A stretch of 64,000 bases of DNA from Thermoanaerobaculia bacterium. Lineage in GTDB: Bacteria > Acidobacteriota > Thermoanaerobaculia > Multivoradales > Multivoraceae. This document shows, piece by piece, positions 19,094 to 27,966 of the stretch (its first letter is position 1; each line of letters opens with the position of its first letter). Under the pieces are notes generated by a model, which was not told the origin of the DNA, did no database searches, and saw nothing but the letters and a program-made list of their open reading frames with translations. Location: contig OY762911.1 in NCBI GenBank assembly GCA_963666565.1, positions 3,616,001 through 3,680,000 of the forward strand. Direction: 5' to 3'. The translations under genes and the position numbers were made by a program.

Positions 19094-22000
19094 TCAACCG
19101 GCTGCGTTCCCGCCCGCTCTTTGCAGTCCGATCGACCGCCAGACGAAGTACATCGCCGGGAAGACGAACAGCACCCCGAGAAACACCGTCACCAGTCCAC
19201 CGACCATGGGCGCCGCGATCCGCTTCATCACGTCGGCGCCGGTGCCGGTCGACCACAGGATGGGCACCAGGGCGACGAAGGTCGTCAGCACGGTCATTGT
19301 GATCGGTCGCACCCGCCGGACGGCGGCCTCGGTCACGGCTTCCCGGAGGTCGCGCAGGGTGTTCATCGTCCCCGAGCTCCTCCGTTCGCCGTAGACGAGA
19401 TCGAGATAGAGCAGCATCACGGACCCGGTCTCCGCCGCGAGTCCCGCGAGCGCGATCATCCCGACCCATACCGCCACCGACCAGTTGTAGTTGAGCTGGT
19501 CGAGCAGCCAGACCGAACCGACGAGCGAGAACGGCACCGCCGAAACGATGAACGCGGTCTTGATCACCGAGCGAGTGCTCAGATAGAGGAGCGCGAAGGT
19601 CAGAACGAGGGTGAGCGGAACGATGAGCAGGAAACGGTCGCGCGCCCGCTCCATGTACTCGTACTGCCCCGACCACAGCAGCGTGTAGCCCGGAGGCAGC
19701 GCCACCTTCTCGGCGACCTCCTCGCGGGCGCGGCGGATCCAGCCGCCGATGTCGCTGCTTTCCAGGTCGACGTGGACCCAGGCGTTCGGCCTGGCGCCCT
19801 CCGACTTGATTCCCGGCGGTCCGTCCCGGAACTCGATCGCCGCCACCTGGGCCAGCGGCACCTGGACGCCGCCCGGCGCGGTCACGAGGACCTGCTCCAG
19901 GGCCTCCGGATCGTCCCGCAGTTCCCGCGGATAGCGCAGGTTGATCGGGTAGCGCTCCAGACCCTCCACGGTCCAGGAGACGTTCATGCCACCGACCGCC
20001 GACTGAATCGTGTCCTGGATGTCGGCGATCCGCAGGCCGAAGCGCGCGGCCGCCTCCCGGTCGATGTCGAAGTCGAGGTAGGCGCCGCCCATCACCCGTT
20101 CGGCGTAGGCCGTGAGCGTGCCCGGAAGCGGTTTCACCACCGCCTCGACCTGTTCCGCGAGCTGCTCCAGCATCTGCAGGTCCGGGCCGCCGAGCTTGAT
20201 CCCCACCGGGGTCTTGATCCCGGTGGACAGCATGTCGATCCGGGTCTTGATCGGCATCGTCCAGGAGTTGGTGACGCCGGGGAACTGGAGCGCCCGGTCG
20301 AGTTCGGCGATCAGATCGTCCGGGGTCAGGCCGGGACGCCACTCGTCCTGGTCCTTCAGCACGATCGTCGTCTCCAGCATCGAGAGCGGCGCCGGATCGG
20401 TCGCCGTCTCCGCCCGGCCCACCTTGCCGAACACGGTCTCCACCTCCGGGAAGCTGCGGATGATCCGGTCCGTCTGCTGGACGATCTCCCTGGCCTTCCC
20501 GATCGACACGCCGGGCAGGGTCGTCGGCATGTAGAGCAGGTCGCCCTCCCACAGGGGCGGCATGAACTCGGACCCGATCCGCTTGAGCGGTACGAGGCTC
20601 GAACCCAGCACGGCGAGCATCAGGACGACGACCAGCCAGCGCAGCCGCACGGCGCCCGCGACCAGCGGCCGGTAGACGAAGCGCAGGAGCCGGGACAGCG
20701 GATTGCGATGCTCCGGGACGATTCGCCCGCGCACGAACCAGAACATGAGCACCGGCACCACGGTCACCGCGACCACCGAGGCCATCGCCATCGAGTAGGT
20801 CTTGGTCAGGGCGAGCGGCTTGAACAGCCGGCCTTCCTGGGCCTCGAGCGTAAACACGGGCAGGAAGGACATGGTGACGACCAGCAACGAAAAGAAGAGG
20901 GTCGGCCCGACCTCCTGGGCCGCGCGCAGCACGAGGTCGAAGCGGGACCGCTTGCCTCCCGCCTCGACGTCCTCCTCGATGTGACGATGCACGTTCTCGA
21001 CCATGACGATGGAAGCGTCGACCAGCACACCGATCGAGATCGCTATGCCGCCCAGCGACATGATGTTCATACCGAGTCCCTGGGCTCTCATGACGACGAA
21101 GGCCAGCAGCACGGAGATGGGAATCGGCAGGATCGCCACCAGCGCGGACCGGAAGTGAAACAGGAAGAGAAGGCACACGACGGCCACGACGATCGACTCC
21201 ACGATCAGCGTGTCCGTCAACGTCGCGATGGATCGCTCGATCAGGCCGCTGCGGTCGTACGCGACCGAGATCTCCACGTCGTCCGGCATGCCGCCGGCGA
21301 GCTCGTCCAGGCGTTCCTTCACCCGTTCGATCGTGGCCCGGGTGTCGGCGCCCGAGCGGACGACGACGATGCCGCCGACCGTCTCGCCCTCGCCGTTCCA
21401 GTCGGCCAGGCCCCGGCGAATCTCCGGCCCGATCGTGACATGCGCGACGTCCCGAAGCAGTACCGGTACCCCGCCCGGGCCGGATGCGAGGACGATCGTC
21501 TCCAGGTCCCGCAACTCCTGGATGTAGCCACGCCCGCGGACCATGTACTCCCGTTCCGCCATCTCGATCAGCCGGCCGCCCACGTCGGCGTTCGACTGCT
21601 CGATCGCCTGCCGGACGACGGGCAGCGAAAGGCCGTAGGCGCGCAGCCGGACCGGGTCCACCTCGACCTGGTACTGGCGCACGAAGCCGCCGATCGAGGC
21701 GACCTCCGAGACGCCCTCGACGGTCAGCAGGCCGTACTTCAGGTACCAGTCCTGGAGCGAGCGCAGCTCCGCCAGGGACCGCGAATCCGAGTTCAGCACG
21801 TACATGAAGGCCCAGCCGACGCCGGTCGCGTCCGGCCCGAGCTGCGGCGAGACGCCCGGCGGCAGCCTGCCCTCGAGCCCCGCCACGGACTCGAGCACCC
21901 GGGAACGCGCCCAGTAGAGATCCGTGCCGTCCTCGAAGATGACGTAGACGAAGGAGAAGCCGAAGAAGGAGTAGCCTCGGACCACCTTGGCGTAGGGCAC

Positions 22001-22225
22001 CGAGAGCATCGTCGAGGTGATCGGGTAGGTCACCTGGTCCTCGACCACCTGCGGCGCCTGCCCGGAGAACTCGGTGAACAGGATGACCTGCACGTCCGAG
22101 AGGTCCGGTATCGCGTCGATGCGGGTCGTCCGCACGGACCAGACCCCGGCCGCCACCGCCACGATCAGGCCCCCGGCAACCAGCAACTGGTTGCGCAGCG
22201 ACCATTCGATGATCCGGTTCAGCAT
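19094..22225 (-). CDS. cusA: CusA-family heavy-metal RND efflux permease
   Basis: DAIPDLSDVQVI, LGPDATGVGW, EFMPPLWEG, TDPAPLSMLET, IDMLSTG (Met triad region), MKRIAAPMVGG. Confidence 0.95.
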   Translation of the reverse strand: MLNRIIEWSLRNQLLVAGGLIVAVAAGVWSVRTTRIDAIPDLSDVQVILFTEFSGQAPQVVEDQVTYPITSTMLSVPYAKVVRGYSFFGFSFVYVIFEDGTDLYWARSRVLESVAGLEGRLPPGVSPQLGPDATGVGWAFMYVLNSDSRSLAELRSLQDWYLKYGLLTVEGVSEVASIGGFVRQYQVEVDPVRLRAYGLSLPVVRQAIEQSNADVGGRLIEMAEREYMVRGRGYIQELRDLETIVLASGPGGVPVLLRDVAHVTIGPEIRRGLADWNGEGETVGGIVVVRSGADTRATIERVKERLDELAGGMPDDVEISVAYDRSGLIERSIATLTDTLIVESIVVAVVCLLFLFHFRSALVAILPIPISVLLAFVVMRAQGLGMNIMSLGGIAISIGVLVDASIVMVENVHRHIEEDVEAGGKRSRFDLVLRAAQEVGPTLFFSLLVVTMSFLPVFTLEAQEGRLFKPLALTKTYSMAMASVVAVTVVPVLMFWFVRGRIVPEHRNPLSRLLRFVYRPLVAGAVRLRWLVVVLMLAVLGSSLVPLKRIGSEFMPPLWEGDLLYMPTTLPGVSIGKAREIVQQTDRIIRSFPEVETVFGKVGRAETATDPAPLSMLETTIVLKDQDEWRPGLTPDDLIAELDRALQFPGVTNSWTMPIKTRIDMLSTGIKTPVGIKLGGPDLQMLEQLAEQVEAVVKPLPGTLTAYAERVMGGAYLDFDIDREAAARFGLRIADIQDTIQSAVGGMNVSWTVEGLERYPINLRYPRELRDDPEALEQVLVTAPGGVQVPLAQVAAIEFRDGPPGIKSEGARPNAWVHVDLESSDIGGWIRRAREEVAEKVALPPGYTLLWSGQYEYMERARDRFLLIVPLTLVLTFALLYLSTRSVIKTAFIVSAVPFSLVGSVWLLDQLNYNWSVAVWVGMIALAGLAAETGSVMLLYLDLVYGERRSSGTMNTLRDLREAVTEAAVRRVRPITMTVLTTFVALVPILWSTGTGADVMKRIAAPMVGGLVTVFLGVLFVFPAMYFVWRSIGLQRAGGNAAG

Positions 22226-22229
22226 CGGA

Positions 22230-23750
22230 TCAGCGCCCGTGGTTGCCGTGGGCTTCGTGCGGATCCACGGTTTCCTCAGCCTCGGAGGCCGAGTGGCCCT
22301 CGTGGTCCATGTCGTGACCCTCGTGGCCCATGTCGTGGCCCTCGTGGCTCATCTCGTGGCCTTCGTGCCCCTGGGCTGCGCCCTCCGGCGCCGAGGCCGC
22401 ATCCAGCATCTGTCGGACCGCCGCCCGCAGCCTGGACTCCGAGTCGAGCAGGAACTGGGACGACGTGACGACATCCTCGCCCGCCGCGACGCCCGAGCGG
22501 ACCTCGGCCAGACCGCCGGCAGTCTGGCCCAGCTCCACCTCGCGCGGCTCGAAGCGGCCGCCGCCCATAGCCACGATGACAACGCTCCTCCGTCCCGTCC
22601 GCAAGACGGACTCGGTAGGAATGGTAAGGGCTCCCGGAACGAGGACCGGATCGAAGACGACGGTGGCGAACATCCCCTTGCGCAGCCGGCCGTCCGGATT
22701 CGGCACCGCGATCTTCACCGTCAGCGTGCGGGTGCGCTCAGACAGTTCCGGCTCGATGAACTCGACCGTGCCGCGGATCGTCTCGCCCGGGAAGTAGGTG
22801 AACGTCACCTCCGCCTCGGCGCCCGGGCGAATCCAGACCACCTGATCCTCGAACACCTCGACTGAAAGCCACAATGAGGTGATGTCGGCGATGTGGTACG
22901 CCTCCATTCCGGGCGTCACCGCCATTCCCTCCAGGCCCGGCATCCGCTTCATGACCAGGCCGCCGGCCGGCGCGGTAACCGTCAGGGTGCGGAAGATCTC
23001 GCCCGTCTCCTCGAGCCGCGCGATCTGCTCCGGAGAGATGTCCCAGAACGCGAGCCGGGCTCGTGCCGCGTCGACCAGGGCCTCCGCCCGCAGCCGGGCA
23101 TCGTCCGGCGCGTCCTTGAACCGGCCCGCGTAGCGGATCGCCGAGAGGAGTTCCTGCTCCGTCTGGACCAGTTCGGGCGAGTAGACCTCGAACAGGCCCG
23201 CGCCCTCGGCCACCGGCTCGCCCACATGATTCACATGGACTTTCTCCACCCAGCCGTCGTACTTCGTCGTCACGGTGACCATCCGCTCCTGGTCGTACTC
23301 CAGGTAGCCGACGGTCCGGATCTCGTGGCGCAGGTCGCGCCGGGTGGCCGTTTCCGTACGGACGTTCATGTTCTGGACCACGGCCGGGTCGATCAAGACC
23401 GTCGTGCCGGCGCCGAACGCCCGCTCCGCCTCGTCGGCGTAGACCGGCACGTAGTCCATCCCCATCTCGTCCTTGGCCGGCACGGGCGACGTGATCGTCG
23501 GGTCCATCGGGTTCCGGTAGAAGAGGACTTCCCGTTCGCCAGCCACGACGTCAGCCTCACCGTCCCCAGCGGCAGCCGTCATCGGCCCCGCGTGGTAGCC
23601 GACAGTGCGTTGCAGCCAGGAATCGACCGGATGCAGACCCAGGGGATCGAAGAACAGGAGGAAGAAAAAGGCGAAGCTCCCGACCACCCAGGCCACACCG
23701 CGCAACCAGGTCCCAAGCGGCCCGCCGAATCCGTTCGCGTCGTTCGTCAT
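22230..23750 (-). CDS. cusB: CusB-family periplasmic adaptor with heavy-metal binding domain and His/Met-rich tail
   Basis: YRNPMDP...DEMGMDYVP, YSPELVQTEQE, QFLLDSESRL; adjacent to cusA. Confidence 0.9.
   Translation of the reverse strand: MTNDANGFGGPLGTWLRGVAWVVGSFAFFFLLFFDPLGLHPVDSWLQRTVGYHAGPMTAAAGDGEADVVAGEREVLFYRNPMDPTITSPVPAKDEMGMDYVPVYADEAERAFGAGTTVLIDPAVVQNMNVRTETATRRDLRHEIRTVGYLEYDQERMVTVTTKYDGWVEKVHVNHVGEPVAEGAGLFEVYSPELVQTEQELLSAIRYAGRFKDAPDDARLRAEALVDAARARLAFWDISPEQIARLEETGEIFRTLTVTAPAGGLVMKRMPGLEGMAVTPGMEAYHIADITSLWLSVEVFEDQVVWIRPGAEAEVTFTYFPGETIRGTVEFIEPELSERTRTLTVKIAVPNPDGRLRKGMFATVVFDPVLVPGALTIPTESVLRTGRRSVVIVAMGGGRFEPREVELGQTAGGLAEVRSGVAAGEDVVTSSQFLLDSESRLRAAVRQMLDAASAPEGAAQGHEGHEMSHEGHDMGHEGHDMDHEGHSASEAEETVDPHEAHGNHGR
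22293..22367 (-). repeat. 21-bp coding tandem repeat encoding HEGH(D/E)Mx
   Basis: HEGHEMS-HEGHDMG-HEGHDMD-HEGH at the CusB C-terminus. Confidence 0.85.
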
Positions 23751-25219
23751 CTCTCCGTCCCTCCCTTCTCCGCAAGGCCGCCGACTGGGTGCGCCGGCGT
23801 CCCCGCCGGCTGCCGCCGAAGGCGGCTGGACTGGCGCGCCGGCCGCAAGGCCGGCTCCTCTCCGAGGACCGCCAGCGATCTGCCGACGGCCCCTTCCAGT
23901 TCCGCGAGGCCGATCAGGTAGTCGGCCCTTGCCCGGTCGGTCGCCGTCTGCGCCTCGAACAGGACGTGCTCGGCGTCGAACAGGTCGAGCGTGTTGAGCG
24001 AACCGGCGATGTATCCGGCCTCCGCCGACTCCAGCGCCTCCTCGGCCTGCACCACCAGCAGATCCTCCAGCAGCCGCAGCCGTCTCCAGGCCAGCGGCAG
24101 CCGCTGCGTCAGGTCGCCCACCTCCGACTCGACGGCCAGTTCCGCGGCACGCCGCTCATCGACCGCGTGGGAACGCAGTTCGAGCGCCTCCTGTACCGCC
24201 GCCGCCCGGCTGCGCCGGCGCAGCGGCAGCGTGACGCCGCCGCGTATGCCGAACACGTCGTTCCCGTTGCCGGCCGGGGCCAGCAGGCGGGCGGCCTCGT
24301 CGTCGCGCGGGGTCACCAGCGTGTACGTGACGCCGACGTTGAAGTCGGGTTTCCTGGCCATCCGGGCCAGGCCTTCCAGCGTTTCTGCCCGGGCGAGTCC
24401 GGCCTCCGCCGCGCGCAGCTCCGGCCGCGACGATCGCGCCAGAGCCGCGAGGCTCCCGGCCTCCAACGCCGCTTCCTCGATTGCTACCAGCAGGGAACTT
24501 CTCGCGACCGGCGCAGCGGCAGGCCGGTCCCGCAACGAGTTGAGCCGCGCGCGCAGGGCGGCTTCACCGAGATCCAGATCGACGAGCGCCCGCTCGGCGC
24601 GCGTGATCTCTGCCTGCAGCTTGAGCACGGCCTGAGTCGAGCCCACGCCCGTCGCATACCGGGCCTGGGCGACCTCCTCGTGCTGGACGAGGTGCTCCAG
24701 GAAGGTCTCGGCCGTCTCCCTCGAGCGGTCGAGAAACGCCAGCTCGTGGTAGAGCCGCCTGACCTCGGTGACCAGGCGTAGCCGATCCGCCTGCACGCCG
24801 TGCTCCAGCGCGACCGCACCGTGAACCGCCGCTTCCTCCCGCAGATCCAGCTTGGCCAGCCACGGCAGCGGCTGGCTGTAACCGAGCATGAGCCGCTGCG
24901 GCCCGACTCGTGTTTCCGGCGGAGCGAGGAAAGCGGTCGCCTCCGCCATCGGTTCGGGCAGGGAGGCGACCTGGGGCGCTTTCTGCGCCGCCGCCCGCGC
25001 CCTGGCGAAACCAGCCCTGAGGCCCGGATTCCGCTCCAGCGTCTCCTCGACGAGCGCGCGCAGCGCTTCATCAGCGATTCCCTGGGCGACGCGGTCCGCC
25101 GGCGCCCGGTCCGGAAGGGCGCTCAACCCGTCCGCTTGGCCGGTCTCGGCCATCGATGTTCCTGCCCAGCCGACCGTCAGCAGGACGGCGGCGAGCAGCC
25201 AAGGCGTATGTCGAACCAT
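23747..25219 (-). CDS. TolC-family outer membrane efflux protein (CusC-like)
   Basis: Signal peptide, helical OEP repeats (RNPGLRA, RPELRAA), directly upstream of the adaptor and RND genes. Confidence 0.88.
   Translation of the reverse strand: MVRHTPWLLAAVLLTVGWAGTSMAETGQADGLSALPDRAPADRVAQGIADEALRALVEETLERNPGLRAGFARARAAAQKAPQVASLPEPMAEATAFLAPPETRVGPQRLMLGYSQPLPWLAKLDLREEAAVHGAVALEHGVQADRLRLVTEVRRLYHELAFLDRSRETAETFLEHLVQHEEVAQARYATGVGSTQAVLKLQAEITRAERALVDLDLGEAALRARLNSLRDRPAAAPVARSSLLVAIEEAALEAGSLAALARSSRPELRAAEAGLARAETLEGLARMARKPDFNVGVTYTLVTPRDDEAARLLAPAGNGNDVFGIRGGVTLPLRRRSRAAAVQEALELRSHAVDERRAAELAVESEVGDLTQRLPLAWRRLRLLEDLLVVQAEEALESAEAGYIAGSLNTLDLFDAEHVLFEAQTATDRARADYLIGLAELEGAVGRSLAVLGEEPALRPARQSSRLRRQPAGTPAHPVGGLAEKGGTER
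23787..23826 (+). repeat. REP-like element (family B plus GCCGCC-GAA-GGCGGC hairpin) inside the 3' end of the TolC ORF
   Basis: GGGTGCGCCGGCGTCCCCGCCGGC-T-GCCGCCGAAGGCGGC. Confidence 0.7.
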
Positions 25220-25297
25220 CTGATTCCTCCGCGGAAACGTGTTCTCCGCGGCCGCCCGCTTCCGGGGGCGACCGCTCCGACTCGCTTCAGCGGAGGA

Positions 25298-25663
25298 TCA
25301 GAGCAACAGGGCCGAGTACAACCTGTAGCGCGGGACAGCGGGCGGCGGGTCTCCGTCGCAGGCGAGCACCGCGGCCGCGAGGCCACGGCTTTCAGGCGCG
25401 TCCGGCGCCGTGCCGACCAGGGCAGGCGGGTCGATGTCGGCGGCGGAGCCAGGGAGAATCCCGGCCGTAGCGGGATCGACGGACTCCGCGGCGCAGCAGC
25501 CCGTCATCACCATCTCGGTGTGCCCGCAGGACGCCGCCTCATGGGCCGCCTGCATGGTGCAGGGGTCCTCGGACGCGGCGAGCGAGACACACATTCCGGC
25601 CACCGGCGCCGCCAGGACGGCAAGCGCCAGGAACGAACCCGCAAGCCTGAAGGTAGTGCTCAT
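25298..25663 (-). CDS. small Cys/His/Met-containing leader protein upstream of the cus operon (HYC_CC_PP/DUF2946-like architecture)
   Basis: 121 aa; N-terminal hydrophobic segment, six Cys including CC, C-terminal PPP...YRLYSALLL; TACAAT 7 nt before the ATG. Confidence 0.65.
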   Translation of the reverse strand: MSTTFRLAGSFLALAVLAAPVAGMCVSLAASEDPCTMQAAHEAASCGHTEMVMTGCCAAESVDPATAGILPGSAADIDPPALVGTAPDAPESRGLAAAVLACDGDPPPAVPRYRLYSALLL

Positions 25664-25821
25664 CGCGACTATTGTACGCCTTTCACTCGGTTCGGCCATA
25701 CTCCGGCCATTCCCCGCAACCCGGTTGGCGCGACCCGCGCCAACCGCGTCTCAGTCCGTGCGCCCGTCATCGGGCGCACGGATGACACGCACGCCACCCC
25801 GTCCAGATTCCGGAGGTCTCG

Positions 25822-26925
25822 ATGATTGCTCCCCACGCCCTGACCCGCACCGCCCTGACGCGCCGCGGCTTTCTGCACACGACCGGCGCCCTGGCCGGCG
25901 CGTTGGCGCTGCCCGGTCTCGCCCGCGGCGCCGATGTCCGGCCGGCGCCCGGCATGCCGGCGCCCCGGTTCGTGCAGACGAACGGCATCCGCATGGCGGT
26001 CTACGAACAGGGCTCGGGGCTTCCAGTCGTCCTCTGCCACGGCTTCCCCGAACTCGCGTTCTCCTGGCGATTCCAGCTTCCGGCGCTCGCCGAAGCGGGA
26101 TTCCGCGCCATCGCCCCCGATCAACGCGGATACGGCCTGACCGACCGCCCGAAGGACGTCGCGGAGTACAGCCTGAGGCACCTCTGCGACGACATGGCGG
26201 GGATGCTCGACGCGCTCGAGATCGACAAGGCCGTCTTCGTCGGCCACGACTGGGGCGGAGGGGTCGTCTGGATGATGGCGCGGCTGCATCCGGACCGCTG
26301 TCTAGGCATCGTCGGCGTGAACACGCCGGGCGGACGGCCTCCCGGCATGCCCCGCCGGCAGCCGACCGAGGAGCCCCTGATCGTCCGGTCCGAGAACTAC
26401 TACACGGTCCAGTTCCAGGAGCCCGGCCGGGCCGAGAAGGCTCTCTCCGCCGACGTGCGCAAGTCCTTCGAGATGCTGCTGCGGCGCGGCTACATCTGGG
26501 ACGTTGAGGCGTTCAAGGCGATGCCGGCGGACTCACCCGAACGGCAGATGGACCTGCTCCGGATGCTGGACCGGGAGGACTACCCCGGCGAAGTGTTCCT
26601 GTCCGAGGAGGCCCTGGACTACTTCACGGAGACCTTCGAGACCACCGGCTTCACCGGCGGCCTCAACTGGTACCGCATGGCGGGAAGGCCCTTCCCGGGC
26701 ATCGAGAACGCGAAGTGGGAGATCGACGTGCCGTGCCTCTACATCGGCGCCGAGAACGACGTCATCCTCCGGCCCTCCTCCGCCGACGGCATGGAGGACT
26801 TCATCGACGACTTCGAGAAGTACACCGTCATGGACTGCGGCCACTGGACCCAGCAGGAGAAGCCGGAAGAGACGAACCGGGTGCTGATCGACTGGCTGCG
26901 GCGAAAGATCGCGCAGACCGCGTAG
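25822..26925 (+). CDS. Tat-exported alpha/beta-fold epoxide hydrolase
   Basis: TRRGFL Tat motif; HGFPE, DQRGYG, GHDWGG, GLNWYR, CGHWTQQEKP. Confidence 0.9.
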   Translation: MIAPHALTRTALTRRGFLHTTGALAGALALPGLARGADVRPAPGMPAPRFVQTNGIRMAVYEQGSGLPVVLCHGFPELAFSWRFQLPALAEAGFRAIAPDQRGYGLTDRPKDVAEYSLRHLCDDMAGMLDALEIDKAVFVGHDWGGGVVWMMARLHPDRCLGIVGVNTPGGRPPGMPRRQPTEEPLIVRSENYYTVQFQEPGRAEKALSADVRKSFEMLLRRGYIWDVEAFKAMPADSPERQMDLLRMLDREDYPGEVFLSEEALDYFTETFETTGFTGGLNWYRMAGRPFPGIENAKWEIDVPCLYIGAENDVILRPSSADGMEDFIDDFEKYTVMDCGHWTQQEKPEETNRVLIDWLRRKIAQTA

Positions 26926-26934
26926 CTACACACT

Positions 26935-26958
26935 GGGTGCGCCGACGTCCCCGTCGGC
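26935..26958 (+). repeat. REP-like palindromic element (family B)
   Basis: GGGTGCGCCGACGTCCCCGTCGGC, with a compensatory A-T pair relative to other copies. Confidence 0.7.
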
Positions 26959-27007
26959 ATCCAACGAGCCGCGGAGCGGCGAGGAAGGTGGTGACCCGAG
27001 CCGCCTC

Positions 27008-27964
27008 CTACTCGCCGACACGTTCCCACGTCAGAGCGTCCTGGACCGATCCCCCATCGACTTCGCGAGCCGGCGGCTTCAGTGTCAGGGTGCCGTCCCC
27101 GAACTCGTAGCCGCGCCGTGCGTCCGAGCCGATACAGCCGGGGAACCAGCAACCGGGCCGCTGGTGGACGACGAATCCCTCGTCCGCGTGGATCGTGTAC
27201 GGCCCGAAGTAGCTGACGTAGCTGCTCATCGCGGCGGCGGCCTCCTCCGCCGTCGGGCGGCCGTCGGCGAAGAGCTCCCGGCCCGGACGGACCAGGTGAA
27301 CCGCCATGTGGCCGGAGGCCGTGTAGACAATGAAGCCGTCCTCGTAGGTCCGTTGCACCGGCAGCGCCGCGCCCGAGTCGTCGGTGCGGTCCAGCCGCGC
27401 GAACTCCCAGAAGCCGATGAAGCGGCGGTGCTCGTCCGTGAGTTCGGCCAGGTCGGACAGCCGCGTCCAGGTCAGCCGCACGACGCCGCCGTCGGCGCCG
27501 GCGGGTGGCTGCAGAGTCAGGCGGTCCTCCTCGAATTCGTAGTGACGGACGTAGTCCGAGCCGGCGCCGCGCGGGTTCATGCTCGCCCGCAGGTGGTGGG
27601 TGACGGTGCCCGCCTCCGGGTCCACCGTGAAACCGCCGAAGTAGGACGTGTACGACCGGTAGGCCGCCAGGATCTCCTCGGGTGTCGCCTCGTCACCCGC
27701 ATACGGCGCCTGATCGGCGCCCTGGATGACGACACCCATCGTTCCGGCCGGGTCGTACATGATGAAGCCGGTCGACGACTCGTTGCGCGAAAGCTCTTCG
27801 CCTTCGCCCGAGTAGCGGACGATCGACGCGAGCTCCCAGGCGCCGTGAAACGGCGCGCCCGGGTCGTCGGCCGCGGCCGGGGCCGGCGACTGGTCGGCGG
27901 GGGGACTGGCACAGCCACCAAGCAACAGGGCGACGCCGGCAAGGGCACAGTGAATCGAACGCAT
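27008..27964 (-). CDS. lipoprotein with two tandem lipocalin-like (Lipocalin_5) domains
   Basis: Lipobox LGGC; two repeats of GxWE...GFIxY...GxM...Y.SYFG.(F/Y)T...R.YEF...LTL.PP...LTW.R. Confidence 0.85.
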   Translation of the reverse strand: MRSIHCALAGVALLLGGCASPPADQSPAPAAADDPGAPFHGAWELASIVRYSGEGEELSRNESSTGFIMYDPAGTMGVVIQGADQAPYAGDEATPEEILAAYRSYTSYFGGFTVDPEAGTVTHHLRASMNPRGAGSDYVRHYEFEEDRLTLQPPAGADGGVVRLTWTRLSDLAELTDEHRRFIGFWEFARLDRTDDSGAALPVQRTYEDGFIVYTASGHMAVHLVRPGRELFADGRPTAEEAAAAMSSYVSYFGPYTIHADEGFVVHQRPGCWFPGCIGSDARRGYEFGDGTLTLKPPAREVDGGSVQDALTWERVGE

Positions 27965-27966
27965 GG

